In this document: positions 10,089-18,725 of the stretch, one piece after another
Layout of the letters: each line of letters opens with the position of its first letter
Position numbering within the stretch: the stretch's first letter is position 1
Assembly: GCA_964408085.1 (NCBI GenBank)
Contig: CAYOYB010000003.1
Span: 18,806-82,805 of the forward strand
Direction of reading: 5' to 3'
DNA: 64,000 nt
From: an uncultured Muribaculaceae bacterium
GTDB lineage: Bacteria > Bacillota_I > Bacilli_A > RF39 > UBA660
Position numbers and translations under genes: made by a program
Notes under the pieces: model-generated
Seen by the model: only the letters and a program-made list of their open reading frames with translations
What the model was told of the DNA's origin: nothing
Databases searched by the model: none

Positions 10089-10778
10089 TTATTCATGATT
10101 ATCGCAATCATCACAGTTACAATGATTTTCTAAAGTGGCTTCTTCTATAATAGCAACGCCATTGCTTGTTCCTATTCTAGTAGCTCCTGCTTCAATAAAT
10201 TTACAAGCATCATCAAATGTTTTTATTCCTCCACTAGCTTTAATTTCTAGAAAATCCATTTTATGTTTATTTATAAGTTCAACATCTTCTAATCTAGCTC
10301 CATAATCACCAAAACCTGTCGATGTTTTAATAAAGTTAACAAATGTTTCATTACATATTTCAGTCATTTTTACAATCTCTTCTTTTGTTAAATAACAAGT
10401 TTCAATAATAACCTTTAAAGTCTTTCCTTCAATTGAATCTCTAATTGTTTCTATTTCCTCTTTAACATAACTATAATTTCCATCCTTAATAGCTGCTACA
10501 TTAACAACCATATCGATTTCATCAGCACCTTCTTGAACTGCATTTATAGCTTCAAATTCTTTAACAGCTGTTGTATTCTGTCCAAGTGGAAAACCTATTA
10601 CTGTACAAACAGCTACATTAGAACGACTTAATAACTCGCTTACTAAACTAACATAATAAGGATTTACACATACTGAAGCAAATTTATTTTGAATAGCCTC
10701 ATTACATAACTTTTCAATATCTTTTTTTGTAGCATAAGCTTTTAAATTGGTATGATCAATATATTTATTTATTTCCAT
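10089..10778 (-). CDS. deoC: deoxyribose-phosphate aldolase
   Basis: DeoC signatures (Schiff-base lysine region IKASGGIKTFDDA, ...IGTSNG). The real start is MEINKYIDHTNLK at 10778 with AGGAGG upstream. The ORF-track N-terminal extension to 10916 overlaps the leader RNA and was rejected. Confidence 0.9.
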   Translation of the reverse strand: MEINKYIDHTNLKAYATKKDIEKLCNEAIQNKFASVCVNPYYVSLVSELLSRSNVAVCTVIGFPLGQNTTAVKEFEAINAVQEGADEIDMVVNVAAIKDGNYSYVKEEIETIRDSIEGKTLKVIIETCYLTKEEIVKMTEICNETFVNFIKTSTGFGDYGARLEDVELINKHKMDFLEIKASGGIKTFDDACKFIEAGATRIGTSNGVAIIEEATLENHCNCDDCDNHE

Positions 10779-10794
10779 TATATTCCTCCTAAAA

Positions 10795-10995
10795 TCAAAA
10801 AAATCCCTATGACTATAAGGACGAGTTAACCCGCGGTACCACCTTATTTCATAAAGATTTATGCACTTTAAACTTTTAACGCAAGTATACGATTGGCTCA
10901 AAAATATGTAATTCATTAATTAATATCAGCTAATTTTCACCAACCATTAGCTCTCTAATTTTTTCTATTAAATAACTACTTATTATTTTTTCACT
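10795..10995 (-). promoter_or_regulatory. T-box riboswitch leader (probable Tyr specifier) preceding deoC-tyrS
   Basis: Minus strand carries the T-box core AATAAGGTGGTACCGCGGG (rc of 10829-10847). It is followed by terminator hairpin CCUUAU-AGUC-AUAGGG plus UUUUUUU (10796-10820), which abuts the deoC RBS. Upstream AGAGAG motif and a 7-bp AGCTAAT/ATTAGCT helix. A UACA triplet in the expected specifier region. Confidence 0.6.
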
Positions 10996-11212
10996 GCCAT
11001 TACTTTAGAAAAAGATTTACCATTATATTTTTATTATGCTGGTCTTATCTTTTTATTAGTCTTTTTTTAATAATGGTGAAATCATTTTGCACTGTCATTA
11101 TCAATTATTGGTTCAACTATCAATTATTAACAGGCATTTTTCACCTTCCTATTAAATATAACACAGAATAAACCTCTAGTCAATTAATTATATTAAATAA
11201 GCATTATATTTA

Positions 11213-11566
11213 TTAACTAATTCGACGTTCCATTAATTCAACAGTTCTATTTAAATCAGAACATAACTTGTTATATAATTTAGGATGTTTTTTTATTTCT
11301 TTAATTATTACTAAATCATATTTAGATACTTTTTCAACATATGGTTCTTCCTCTTCACAAACAACGCTAACATCTCTACCTAAAATATAATCAGGTGATA
11401 AATTTAAAATATCAATTAATTTTAAGAATGTTTCCATTGTTGGTGTACGAGTTCCACTTTCATAACCACATACAGACACTTTAGTAACTCCTAATAAATC
11501 TCCCAATTGTTGTTGAGACATTTTTCTTTTTAGTCTTTCTTCTCTTATTCTATTACCTACTACCAT
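11213..11566 (-). CDS. XRE-family (Cro/CI-type) HTH transcriptional regulator
   Basis: N-terminal HTH_3 signature LKRKMSQQQLGDLLGVTKVSVCGYESG. 117 aa. Confidence 0.75.
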   Translation of the reverse strand: MVVGNRIREERLKRKMSQQQLGDLLGVTKVSVCGYESGTRTPTMETFLKLIDILNLSPDYILGRDVSVVCEEEEPYVEKVSKYDLVIIKEIKKHPKLYNKLCSDLNRTVELMERRIS

Positions 11567-11703
11567 AATATTCCTCCATTATCCATTTGTTAACATAATT
11601 ATAACAACTAATAGAGTAAATTAAAATAAAATTAATCAATAGTTAATTTTTATCTTGAAATTAATTAAAAGTTAACGTATAATTAATTTAGGATGGTGAT
11701 AAC

Positions 11704-11916
11704 TTGGAAGAATTAAAAAAGATTAGAATTAGAAATAAATATAGTTTTAATTATATGGCACAAGAACTAAATATAAGTAAAACTTATTATTGGCAATTAG
11801 AACATAATCAAAGAAGGATTTCTTACGAGATGGCTTTTAGGATTGCTAGAGTATTTGAAAAAAAGCCCGACGATATTTTTTATCAAAATTTTAAAGATAA
11901 ATTAGAAAAAGAGTAA
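11704..11916 (+). CDS. small XRE-family HTH protein (Cro-like), divergent from 11213..11566
   Basis: 70 aa. IRNKYSFNYMAQELNISKTYYWQLEHNQRRIS fits an HTH_3 pattern. The intergenic region has repeated GTTAAC half-palindromes. Confidence 0.55.
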   Translation: MEELKKIRIRNKYSFNYMAQELNISKTYYWQLEHNQRRISYEMAFRIARVFEKKPDDIFYQNFKDKLEKE

Positions 11917-11932
11917 TTTTTTACAATTACTC

Positions 11933-12478
11933 TTATTTTAATGCAGAAATTAAATCTGCTTTTTTCATAGTTGAAATACCTTCAATACCTTTTTCTTTAG
12001 CCATTTCTTTTAATTCAGCAACGGTTAAATTAGATAAATCAGTACTTACTTCAGCTTTTGTTTCTTTTTTTACTTCTTTAGTTGTTTCTTTTTTAACAGT
12101 TTCTTTTTTAGCAACAGTTTTTCCATTTAATGCACTATTGGCAATATCAACTAAATTAGTAAATGTTGCTGGACTATCAATAGCAATTTCACTTAACATT
12201 TTACGATTAACTGTTACTCCAGCTTTTGAAAGACCATTTATGAATTTTGAATAACTGATGTTATTTTCACGACATGCAGCATTAATTCTTGTAATCCATA
12301 ATTTTCTAAAATCTCTTTTCTTTTGTCTTCTATCTCTATATGCATATTTTCCTGAATGCATTACTTGCTCTTTAGCACTTTTATATAATCTATGTTTACT
12401 TCCAAAGTACCCTTTTGCTTCTTTCATAACTTTAGCACGACGGGCACGATGGATTGTTCCACCTTTAACTCTTGGCAT
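11933..12478 (-). CDS. rplT: 50S ribosomal protein L20 with ~60-aa C-terminal extension ending in a Rho_N/SAP-like helix-hairpin
   Basis: Residues 1-~120 are canonical L20 ([17 protein letters not shown]...[24 protein letters not shown]). The extra tail [58 protein letters not shown] resembles the Rho N-terminal domain (LTELKNTPVSELITLGENMGLENLARMRKQDIIFAIL). Confidence 0.9.
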   Translation of the reverse strand: MPRVKGGTIHRARRAKVMKEAKGYFGSKHRLYKSAKEQVMHSGKYAYRDRRQKKRDFRKLWITRINAACRENNISYSKFINGLSKAGVTVNRKMLSEIAIDSPATFTNLVDIANSALNGKTVAKKETVKKETTKEVKKETKAEVSTDLSNLTVAELKEMAKEKGIEGISTMKKADLISALK

Positions 12479-12495
12479 TTTTATTCCTCCTTAAC

Positions 12496-12693
12496 TTATT
12501 TAATTACATCTTTTAATCTATTATAATCAGCTTTACTTAACATAGAAGCTGTTCTACCACTTCTATTAGAAGCAGCATTCTTTTTTCCAGTATTGTGTCT
12601 TGTTCCTGGATGACCTATTTTAATAGTACCACCTGGTCTAGCTTTGCAAACCTTAGCAGTTCCTTTATGTGTCCTTTGTGTAACCTTTGCCAT
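12496..12693 (-). CDS. rpmI: 50S ribosomal protein L35
   Basis: MAKVTQRTHKGTAKV... through C-terminal KADYNRLKDVIK. The start at 12693 is preceded by AGGAGG. The ORF-track extension to 12726 is an artefact overlapping infC. Confidence 0.9.
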   Translation of the reverse strand: MAKVTQRTHKGTAKVCKARPGGTIKIGHPGTRHNTGKKNAASNRSGRTASMLSKADYNRLKDVIK

Positions 12694-12703
12694 ACATTTC
12701 CTC

Positions 12704-13261
12704 CTATTTCTCTTTCTTTGGTGCAAGTATCATATACATTACTCTTCCTTCTAATGAAGGAGCTTGCTCAACACTTGCTACGCTATTTAAAGTTTCTGCA
12801 AAACGAAGTAAAACATTTTTTCCAAGCTCTGGATGAGCCATTTCACGTCCTTTAAAGCGAATACTAACTTTGATTTTATGACCTTTTTCTAAATACTTAG
12901 TTGAATTAACAATTCGTGTATTAAAGTCATGAACATCAATTGTTACTGATAATCGATATTCTTTCATTTCTAAGTTTGTTTCTCTTTGACGTTTTTGATT
13001 CTCTTTTTGTTTTTTCTTATTTTCATACTTAAACTTATTATAATCCATTATTTTACAAACTTGTGGTGTAGAATTTGGACTAATAAGTACAAGATCAAAA
13101 CCAGCATAACTTGCTAAAGTTAGAGCATCTTTAATAGATTTAATTCCTAACTTTTCGCCATTTGGACCAATAACCATTACTTCTTTTGCTCTAATTTGTT
13201 CATTAATAAACAAATCTTTTTCTTTATTTGCGATATTTGACACCTCCAGAACAAAATTCAA
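12704..13261 (-). CDS. infC: translation initiation factor IF-3 (probable non-AUG start)
   Basis: IF-3 N- and C-domains present (INEQIRAKEVMVIGPNGEKLGIKS...DLVLISPNSTPQVCKIMDY...). The ORF-track start at 13261 is TTG with no SD. GGAGGTG (13247-13241) is followed at an 8-nt spacing by in-frame ATC (13234-13232), so AUC is the likely start; IF-3 genes are classically autoregulated through an unusual start codon. Confidence 0.9.
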   Translation of the reverse strand: MNFVLEVSNIANKEKDLFINEQIRAKEVMVIGPNGEKLGIKSIKDALTLASYAGFDLVLISPNSTPQVCKIMDYNKFKYENKKKQKENQKRQRETNLEMKEYRLSVTIDVHDFNTRIVNSTKYLEKGHKIKVSIRFKGREMAHPELGKNVLLRFAETLNSVASVEQAPSLEGRVMYMILAPKKEK

Positions 13262-13365
13262 AAAATATAAATTTTCAATTTTGTTTCTCCATATTATGTT
13301 TTTTAGAACTATTATTTTAAATAATTCTAAATAGTTAAGATTTTCTCAATCTTACTAATATATAA

Positions 13366-13397
13366 TTTAAAAAAGTGGGCACACAATAAGTACCCAC
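13366..13397 (-). terminator. intrinsic terminator in the murF-infC intergenic/leader region
   Basis: Minus strand GTGGGTAC-TTATTGT-GTGCCCAC (8-bp stem) followed by TTTTTT. It lies ~130 nt upstream of infC and 180 nt downstream of the murF stop. Confidence 0.6.
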
Positions 13398-13577
13398 TAA
13401 AACTAGTTTAAATAAATATATCAAAAATATTTTTATTTTAATTAGCCTTTAACCCAAAACTATTCGTAATCGGGTGAGAAGTGGATACTTCTTCTTTCCT
13501 TTTTTTAAACTATTAATCATTATAATAATAATCTAGTATTTTGTCAATACTATTTATAATATTTTCCTAAAATAATT

Positions 13578-14972
13578 TTACATATTATCAATATAATTAA
13601 TAATTGCAGCAATGATTTCTTTAAATTTAAGTCCATTGGATGCTTTAAATAGAATTGTATCATTAGATTTAATTATATTTTTTAACAATTCTATTGCTTC
13701 GTCATTATTATTAAATGCGTAAACATTTTGTTTCGGCATTCCTAAACTAATAGCTTTAGCAGATATACTATTAGCTAAAGATCCTACTGTTATTAAAATA
13801 TCGATATTATTATTAACAACAGCGACACCTACTTCTTCATGTAATTTACTAGCAAATTCTCCTAATTCTAACATACTACCTAATACAGCTATTTTTCGCA
13901 TTCCTTCTTGATTTTTAAGTACTTCAAGATTTGATTTCATGGAATCAACACTGGCATTATATACACCATTAATAAGTTTGATTTGATTTTTTAAATCAAT
14001 TATTTCCATTCTATTTTTAGTTAATTCAAAATTTTTAATTCCCAATATAATTTTTTCGCTAGGAATATTAAGTAGAGAAGCAACTGCAAAAGCTACTAAA
14101 CTATTATATATAAAAGCTTTCCCAGGTATTGGGCAATATACTGGATATTTTTTTTCAAGATATTTAATATTAAAAGTTGAGTAATTGGGATAGATTTCAA
14201 TATCAGTAGCCATAAAATCACTATTATTATCAATTCCTATTGTAATAATATTTTGATTATTTTTTAAATAATAGTCATGCAATAAATCATTATCGTTATT
14301 AATAACTAATTTTCCATCACTTGGCATACCACTTTTAATTTCTAACTTAGCTTTTAAAATATTTTCTCTACTTCCAAGCTCACCAATATGCGCTGTTCCA
14401 ACATTAGTTATAACACCAATATGTGGTTTGGTTATATTAGATAAATATTCAATTTCGCCTAAGTGGTTCATTCCCATCTCTATAACAGCTGCTTGTTCAT
14501 CATTTAAACGCATTAAAGTTAATGGTAAACCAATTTGGTTATTAGCATTACTATCCGTTTTTAAGGTATGAAATTCTTCTTTTAAAACACTATAAATCAT
14601 ATCACGAGTGCTCGTTTTACCAACACTACCTGTTACCCCAACAAAGAAGGCTTTAGAATTATTTCTAATATATATAGCGATATCTCGTATAGCTTTTAAA
14701 CTATCTTCTACTAGAATAATAGGTTTATCATAGTTGAAATTATTTTCTACTTTAAAATACTTTTTTTCAATAATAACACAATTAGCGCCTTTATTAAAAG
14801 CATCTATATAGAAATGACTTCCATTAAAGTTATCACCTTTAAAACCTATATATGTATCGCCAGTATTTAAAATTCGTGTATCCTTAACATAGTTAGAACA
14901 AATAACTGTATCGGATCCACAATATAAATCTCCATTACATATTTCTATAATTTTTTTTACGCTTAATTTCAT
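13578..14972 (-). CDS. murF: UDP-N-acetylmuramoyl-tripeptide--D-alanyl-D-alanine ligase (MurF-type Mur ligase)
   Basis: Mur ligase P-loop VGVTGSVGKTSTRDMI, middle and C-terminal Mur ligase domains. 464 aa, which fits MurF better than MurE. Confidence 0.7.
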   Translation of the reverse strand: MKLSVKKIIEICNGDLYCGSDTVICSNYVKDTRILNTGDTYIGFKGDNFNGSHFYIDAFNKGANCVIIEKKYFKVENNFNYDKPIILVEDSLKAIRDIAIYIRNNSKAFFVGVTGSVGKTSTRDMIYSVLKEEFHTLKTDSNANNQIGLPLTLMRLNDEQAAVIEMGMNHLGEIEYLSNITKPHIGVITNVGTAHIGELGSRENILKAKLEIKSGMPSDGKLVINNDNDLLHDYYLKNNQNIITIGIDNNSDFMATDIEIYPNYSTFNIKYLEKKYPVYCPIPGKAFIYNSLVAFAVASLLNIPSEKIILGIKNFELTKNRMEIIDLKNQIKLINGVYNASVDSMKSNLEVLKNQEGMRKIAVLGSMLELGEFASKLHEEVGVAVVNNNIDILITVGSLANSISAKAISLGMPKQNVYAFNNNDEAIELLKNIIKSNDTILFKASNGLKFKEIIAAIINYIDNM

Positions 14973-15127
14973 TATGAAGCCTCCAAAACAAAATCATAAT
15001 ACCATAAAATTATATGCAAGTAAACTTTATTTTTGAAATTATAATTAAATTATTAATTATTTTAATAATTTAATATTGATTTATAAATGATATAATTATA
15101 TAATATAATTTATATCGCAAAGGAGAA

Positions 15128-15643
15128 ATGAACATTATGCCTGATGAATGGATACAAAAATTAATAAACAATCCAAATAATGTTGTTGAAATAATTAAAA
15201 CATTAAACTCACATTTTAAGGATGTTTACTTTGATATAAAAAGTGAAAAATTAGAAAAAGCTGGTATCACTGGAGTTCCATATAACGAGATTGCTATACA
15301 TGATGCTATCTCATATTATACTTCTAATGAGTGTAATTCATATGCTACAATTTTATGCGAATTATTTGGAAAGTATGCTACTAAATATAACTCATCTAGT
15401 CATGTTATAACTAAAATTGGTAAATACTTTTATGATGCTTCTGGAATATATCTTGTAATTAATAATTTTCATCCAACTTTAGAGGACGATTTATATTATA
15501 TTGAGACTAATTTTGGAAGAGAAGATTCTCAATTAATAAAATCTATTGAGGATAAATTAATTATAATTGGCAAGCAAATCCTTGCAAGTTATAAAAATAA
15601 AACAAAAGTTAAAACTCAAAGTTACCAAAAAAAAGCAATGTAA
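15128..15643 (+). CDS. hypothetical protein
   Basis: 171-aa ORF with AAGGAG RBS. No recognisable motif. Sole plus-strand gene in this neighbourhood. Confidence 0.45.
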   Translation: MNIMPDEWIQKLINNPNNVVEIIKTLNSHFKDVYFDIKSEKLEKAGITGVPYNEIAIHDAISYYTSNECNSYATILCELFGKYATKYNSSSHVITKIGKYFYDASGIYLVINNFHPTLEDDLYYIETNFGREDSQLIKSIEDKLIIIGKQILASYKNKTKVKTQSYQKKAM

Positions 15644-15664
15644 AATTGATTATACATTGTTTTT

Positions 15665-16282
15665 TTATCTATTTCTAGACTTTTGAATAAAGTCTATATC
15701 AATATCATTTTTTTCACATAAACCTTCAAGTTGTAATTCTATATCTTCCTCAGTTGTAACATCATAAAGGTTTAAAATAACATTAGAACTATACTCTTCA
15801 TGCTTCACATATAATTCCTTAAAATACTTATCTCTTTTTTTCTCTCTTGCATCTATTTCTGTTAAACTACTTCCTCTAGCTAATAAAGATTCACGCCACT
15901 TTTCTAATTCTTCATCAGCATAACCACGATATATAAAATAAGGTACAACGTTTTCAGAATAATCTTCTAACATCTTTAGCATGTTTTCATAATTTGGGCA
16001 AACAACCATAGGATTTTTTCCTTTAGCTAAAACCTTATCTAAATCTTCTTTACGAATTCCATACCATCTACCTTGTTCAGCACCTTCGTAATAGTAATCC
16101 ATCTTTTTTATTTCTTCAATTGGTGTTGAAAAGATAGATGAAATAGAATTTTCTTCTCCATCTCTAGGCTCACGCGAAATAAATCTTTTTACTACTTCAA
16201 TAGATTCGTATTTATTTGCAACTGATAAAACAAAATCTTTACCTGAGCCACTATCTCCTACTAATAAAATAATTTTATTCAT
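15665..16282 (-). CDS. P-loop kinase, guanylate-kinase-like fold
   Basis: Walker A LVGDSGSGKDF. Downstream motif RFISREPRDGEENSISSIF resembles the guanylate kinase TTRxPRxGExxGxxYxF signature. Paralog of 38592..39323. Confidence 0.55.
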   Translation of the reverse strand: MNKIILLVGDSGSGKDFVLSVANKYESIEVVKRFISREPRDGEENSISSIFSTPIEEIKKMDYYYEGAEQGRWYGIRKEDLDKVLAKGKNPMVVCPNYENMLKMLEDYSENVVPYFIYRGYADEELEKWRESLLARGSSLTEIDAREKKRDKYFKELYVKHEEYSSNVILNLYDVTTEEDIELQLEGLCEKNDIDIDFIQKSRNR

Positions 16283-16389
16283 ATAATCACAACTTTCTTT
16301 ATATATGTCTAGCTATTCTGATGATTCCAGTGGCTTATTTCATTAGGGATATAATAAGTGCATACCACTGATTTTATTTTAACTATTTT

Positions 16390-17310
16390 TTAGTCTTCGC
16401 TTTTTAAATATTCTAAATATTTTAAATATCTTTTAGTTAATTTTTTATCTGTTTTACAATTTTTCATTTCGTCTGTTAAATCCAATCTTTCCACTTCTTC
16501 TAAACTTGGCAAATTATGACACTGACCATCAAAAACATTTGCCATTCTAAATCCTTGTAAATGCATCATTTTCTTTATATTTTTTCCATTATTAGTTACT
16601 CGTAATACCCAACCATGACCTGCACCCTGATTAATATCATATCCTTGTTTGGCTTTTTCATCTGCATTTTCATATTCAAATGAGTAAATATCATGGCGAT
16701 ATTTTCGACCATTTTTTTCTGTAAAATGGCTATGAAGTAAATGATATTCTAAATTTACACAACAATAATATTTTTCTAAAAAAATTAATTTTTCATTTTC
16801 GTCTGTGATGTCATATGTTGCATGTGATAACCAAGGGAATGGTCCATTACCATCATGTGTGAATGGGCTATTTTTATAAGGAATCCAACAAACATTTGCA
16901 TGCAATGGTTCAATTTTCTTCATATTTGTTAGAAAAGTTTTTGCTAAATTTGGATTTTTGCTTAAATCCCAATCAAATAAATTATACCACCATAATTCTG
17001 AACATAACATTCTTTTATCTAGCATATCATTGTCTTCCAAAAACTTTTTAATATTAGGATATCGTTCTAAAATTTCTTTCCACTTTTCTTTTATTGGTAC
17101 AGTTGCATGCCATGCACGTACTTCAAGCATTCGAAAATAATTTCTCTCAGAAATACTTAAATTCATTGCTTCTTTAGAGAATTTAGTAAATTCCTCTACT
17201 CCATTTTCTATTAAATATTCAAATAATTTAATAAGTTGCTCTGTTTTCCAAGGCTTTACAATTGTATCTTCATTTAATATATTATTATTTTTTTCTTCTA
17301 TCCATCCCAT
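16390..17310 (-). CDS. hypothetical protein (306 aa)
   Basis: Long ORF with Trp/His-rich conserved-looking blocks (WHATVPIKEKW, HGWVLRV). No family recognised. Confidence 0.5.
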   Translation of the reverse strand: MGWIEEKNNNILNEDTIVKPWKTEQLIKLFEYLIENGVEEFTKFSKEAMNLSISERNYFRMLEVRAWHATVPIKEKWKEILERYPNIKKFLEDNDMLDKRMLCSELWWYNLFDWDLSKNPNLAKTFLTNMKKIEPLHANVCWIPYKNSPFTHDGNGPFPWLSHATYDITDENEKLIFLEKYYCCVNLEYHLLHSHFTEKNGRKYRHDIYSFEYENADEKAKQGYDINQGAGHGWVLRVTNNGKNIKKMMHLQGFRMANVFDGQCHNLPSLEEVERLDLTDEMKNCKTDKKLTKRYLKYLEYLKSED

Positions 17311-17432
17311 TTCAAAATCCCCCTAAATTTATTGTACCAAATTTCAAACTACAAACAAAATATAATCTTTGGTATCTTATTTAATCCTAATTAACTAATT
17401 TCATTGAATAGTAAAGTATAACAAGCATTTCT

Positions 17433-18716
17433 TTATTTTACTTCTATCTTTTCTTTTCCACCCATATATGGTTGTAATGCCTTTGGTATTTTAATACTTC
17501 CATCACTCATATAATTATTCTCAATTACAGCAATTAATCCTCTTGGGGTTGCAAGTACTGTATTATTCAAGGTTGTTACATATGAGTTGCCATTTTCACC
17601 CTTCATACGAATACCTAATCTTCTTGCTTGAGCATCCCCTAAAGTAGAACAAGAACCAACTTCAAAATATTTCTGTTGTCTTGGACTCCAAGCTTCAACA
17701 TCACATGATTTTACTTTTAAATCAGCTAAATCTCCAGAACAACATTCAAGTGTTCGAACAGGAACATCTAGACTTCTAAAAAATTCAACAGTATATGACC
17801 ACATTTTGTTATACCAATCCATAGATTCTTCTGGTTTACATAAAACAACCATCTCTTGTTTTTCAAATTGATGAACACGATATAAGCCTCTTTCTTCAAT
17901 ACCATGAGCTCCAACTTCTTTTCTAAAACATGGCGAATAAGAAGTTAAAGTAATTGGAAGTTCAGTTTCTTTAACAATTTGTCCTTGAAATCTTCCAATC
18001 ATTGAATGCTCACTAGTACCAATTAAATAAAGATCTTCATTCTCAATTTTATACATCATTGCGTCCATTTCTTCAAAACTCATAACACCAGTTACAACAT
18101 CACTACGAATCATAAATGGTGGAACGCAGTAAGTAAAGCCCTTATCAATCATAAAATCACGAGCATAACTAAGCATAGCAGAATGTAATCTTGCAATATC
18201 TCCCATTAAATAGTAAAAACCATTACCACTAGTTCTTCCAGCACTCTCTTTATCTAAACCATTTAATTTTTCGATGATATCAGCATGATATGGAATTTCA
18301 TAATTTGGAACAATTGGCTCACCAAATTTTTCAATTTCAACATTTTCACTATCGTCTTTGCCAACTGGAACACTATCATCAATTATGTTAGGTATAACTA
18401 ACATTTTTTCTCTTATTTCTGACTCTAAATTTTTTTCTTCTTGTTCTAAAGCTATAATTTGATTACTATATTTACTAACTTCCTCTTTTATTTTTAGTGC
18501 TTCATCTTTTTTGCCATCGCGCATTAAATTACCAATTAAATCACTTTTTTGATTTTTTAAACTACGTAAATTATCGCCTTTTAATTTACAATCACGATAC
18601 TTTTTATCTAATTCATATATTTCATCTACTAATGGTATTTTATGGTCTTGAAATTTCTTTTTTATGTTTTCAATTACTAATTCTTTATTTTCTCTAATTA
18701 ATTTTATATCTATCAT
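17433..18716 (-). CDS. serS: serine--tRNA ligase
   Basis: N-terminal coiled-coil tRNA-binding arm followed by class II aaRS core motifs. 427 aa. Only a 10-nt gap separates it from murD upstream. Confidence 0.95.
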   Translation of the reverse strand: MIDIKLIRENKELVIENIKKKFQDHKIPLVDEIYELDKKYRDCKLKGDNLRSLKNQKSDLIGNLMRDGKKDEALKIKEEVSKYSNQIIALEQEEKNLESEIREKMLVIPNIIDDSVPVGKDDSENVEIEKFGEPIVPNYEIPYHADIIEKLNGLDKESAGRTSGNGFYYLMGDIARLHSAMLSYARDFMIDKGFTYCVPPFMIRSDVVTGVMSFEEMDAMMYKIENEDLYLIGTSEHSMIGRFQGQIVKETELPITLTSYSPCFRKEVGAHGIEERGLYRVHQFEKQEMVVLCKPEESMDWYNKMWSYTVEFFRSLDVPVRTLECCSGDLADLKVKSCDVEAWSPRQQKYFEVGSCSTLGDAQARRLGIRMKGENGNSYVTTLNNTVLATPRGLIAVIENNYMSDGSIKIPKALQPYMGGKEKIEVK

Positions 18717-18725
18717 TAAATTTTC

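Noticed and set aside
10779-10916. 46-aa N-terminal extension of the deoC ORF in the track (MNYIFLSQSYTCVK...)
   Set aside because: The extension runs through the T-box terminator/leader. DeoC homology and a strong AGGAGG RBS start at MEINKYIDHTNLK (10778).
12694-12726. N-terminal extension MHQRKRNRRKC of the ORF-track rpmI ORF
   Set aside because: It overlaps the 3' end of infC and has no RBS. Canonical L35 begins at MAKV (12693) directly after AGGAGG.
13259-13261. TTG at 13261 as the infC start
   Set aside because: No Shine-Dalgarno upstream. The strong GGAGGTG lies inside this putative coding stretch and is correctly spaced for the in-frame AUC at 13234.
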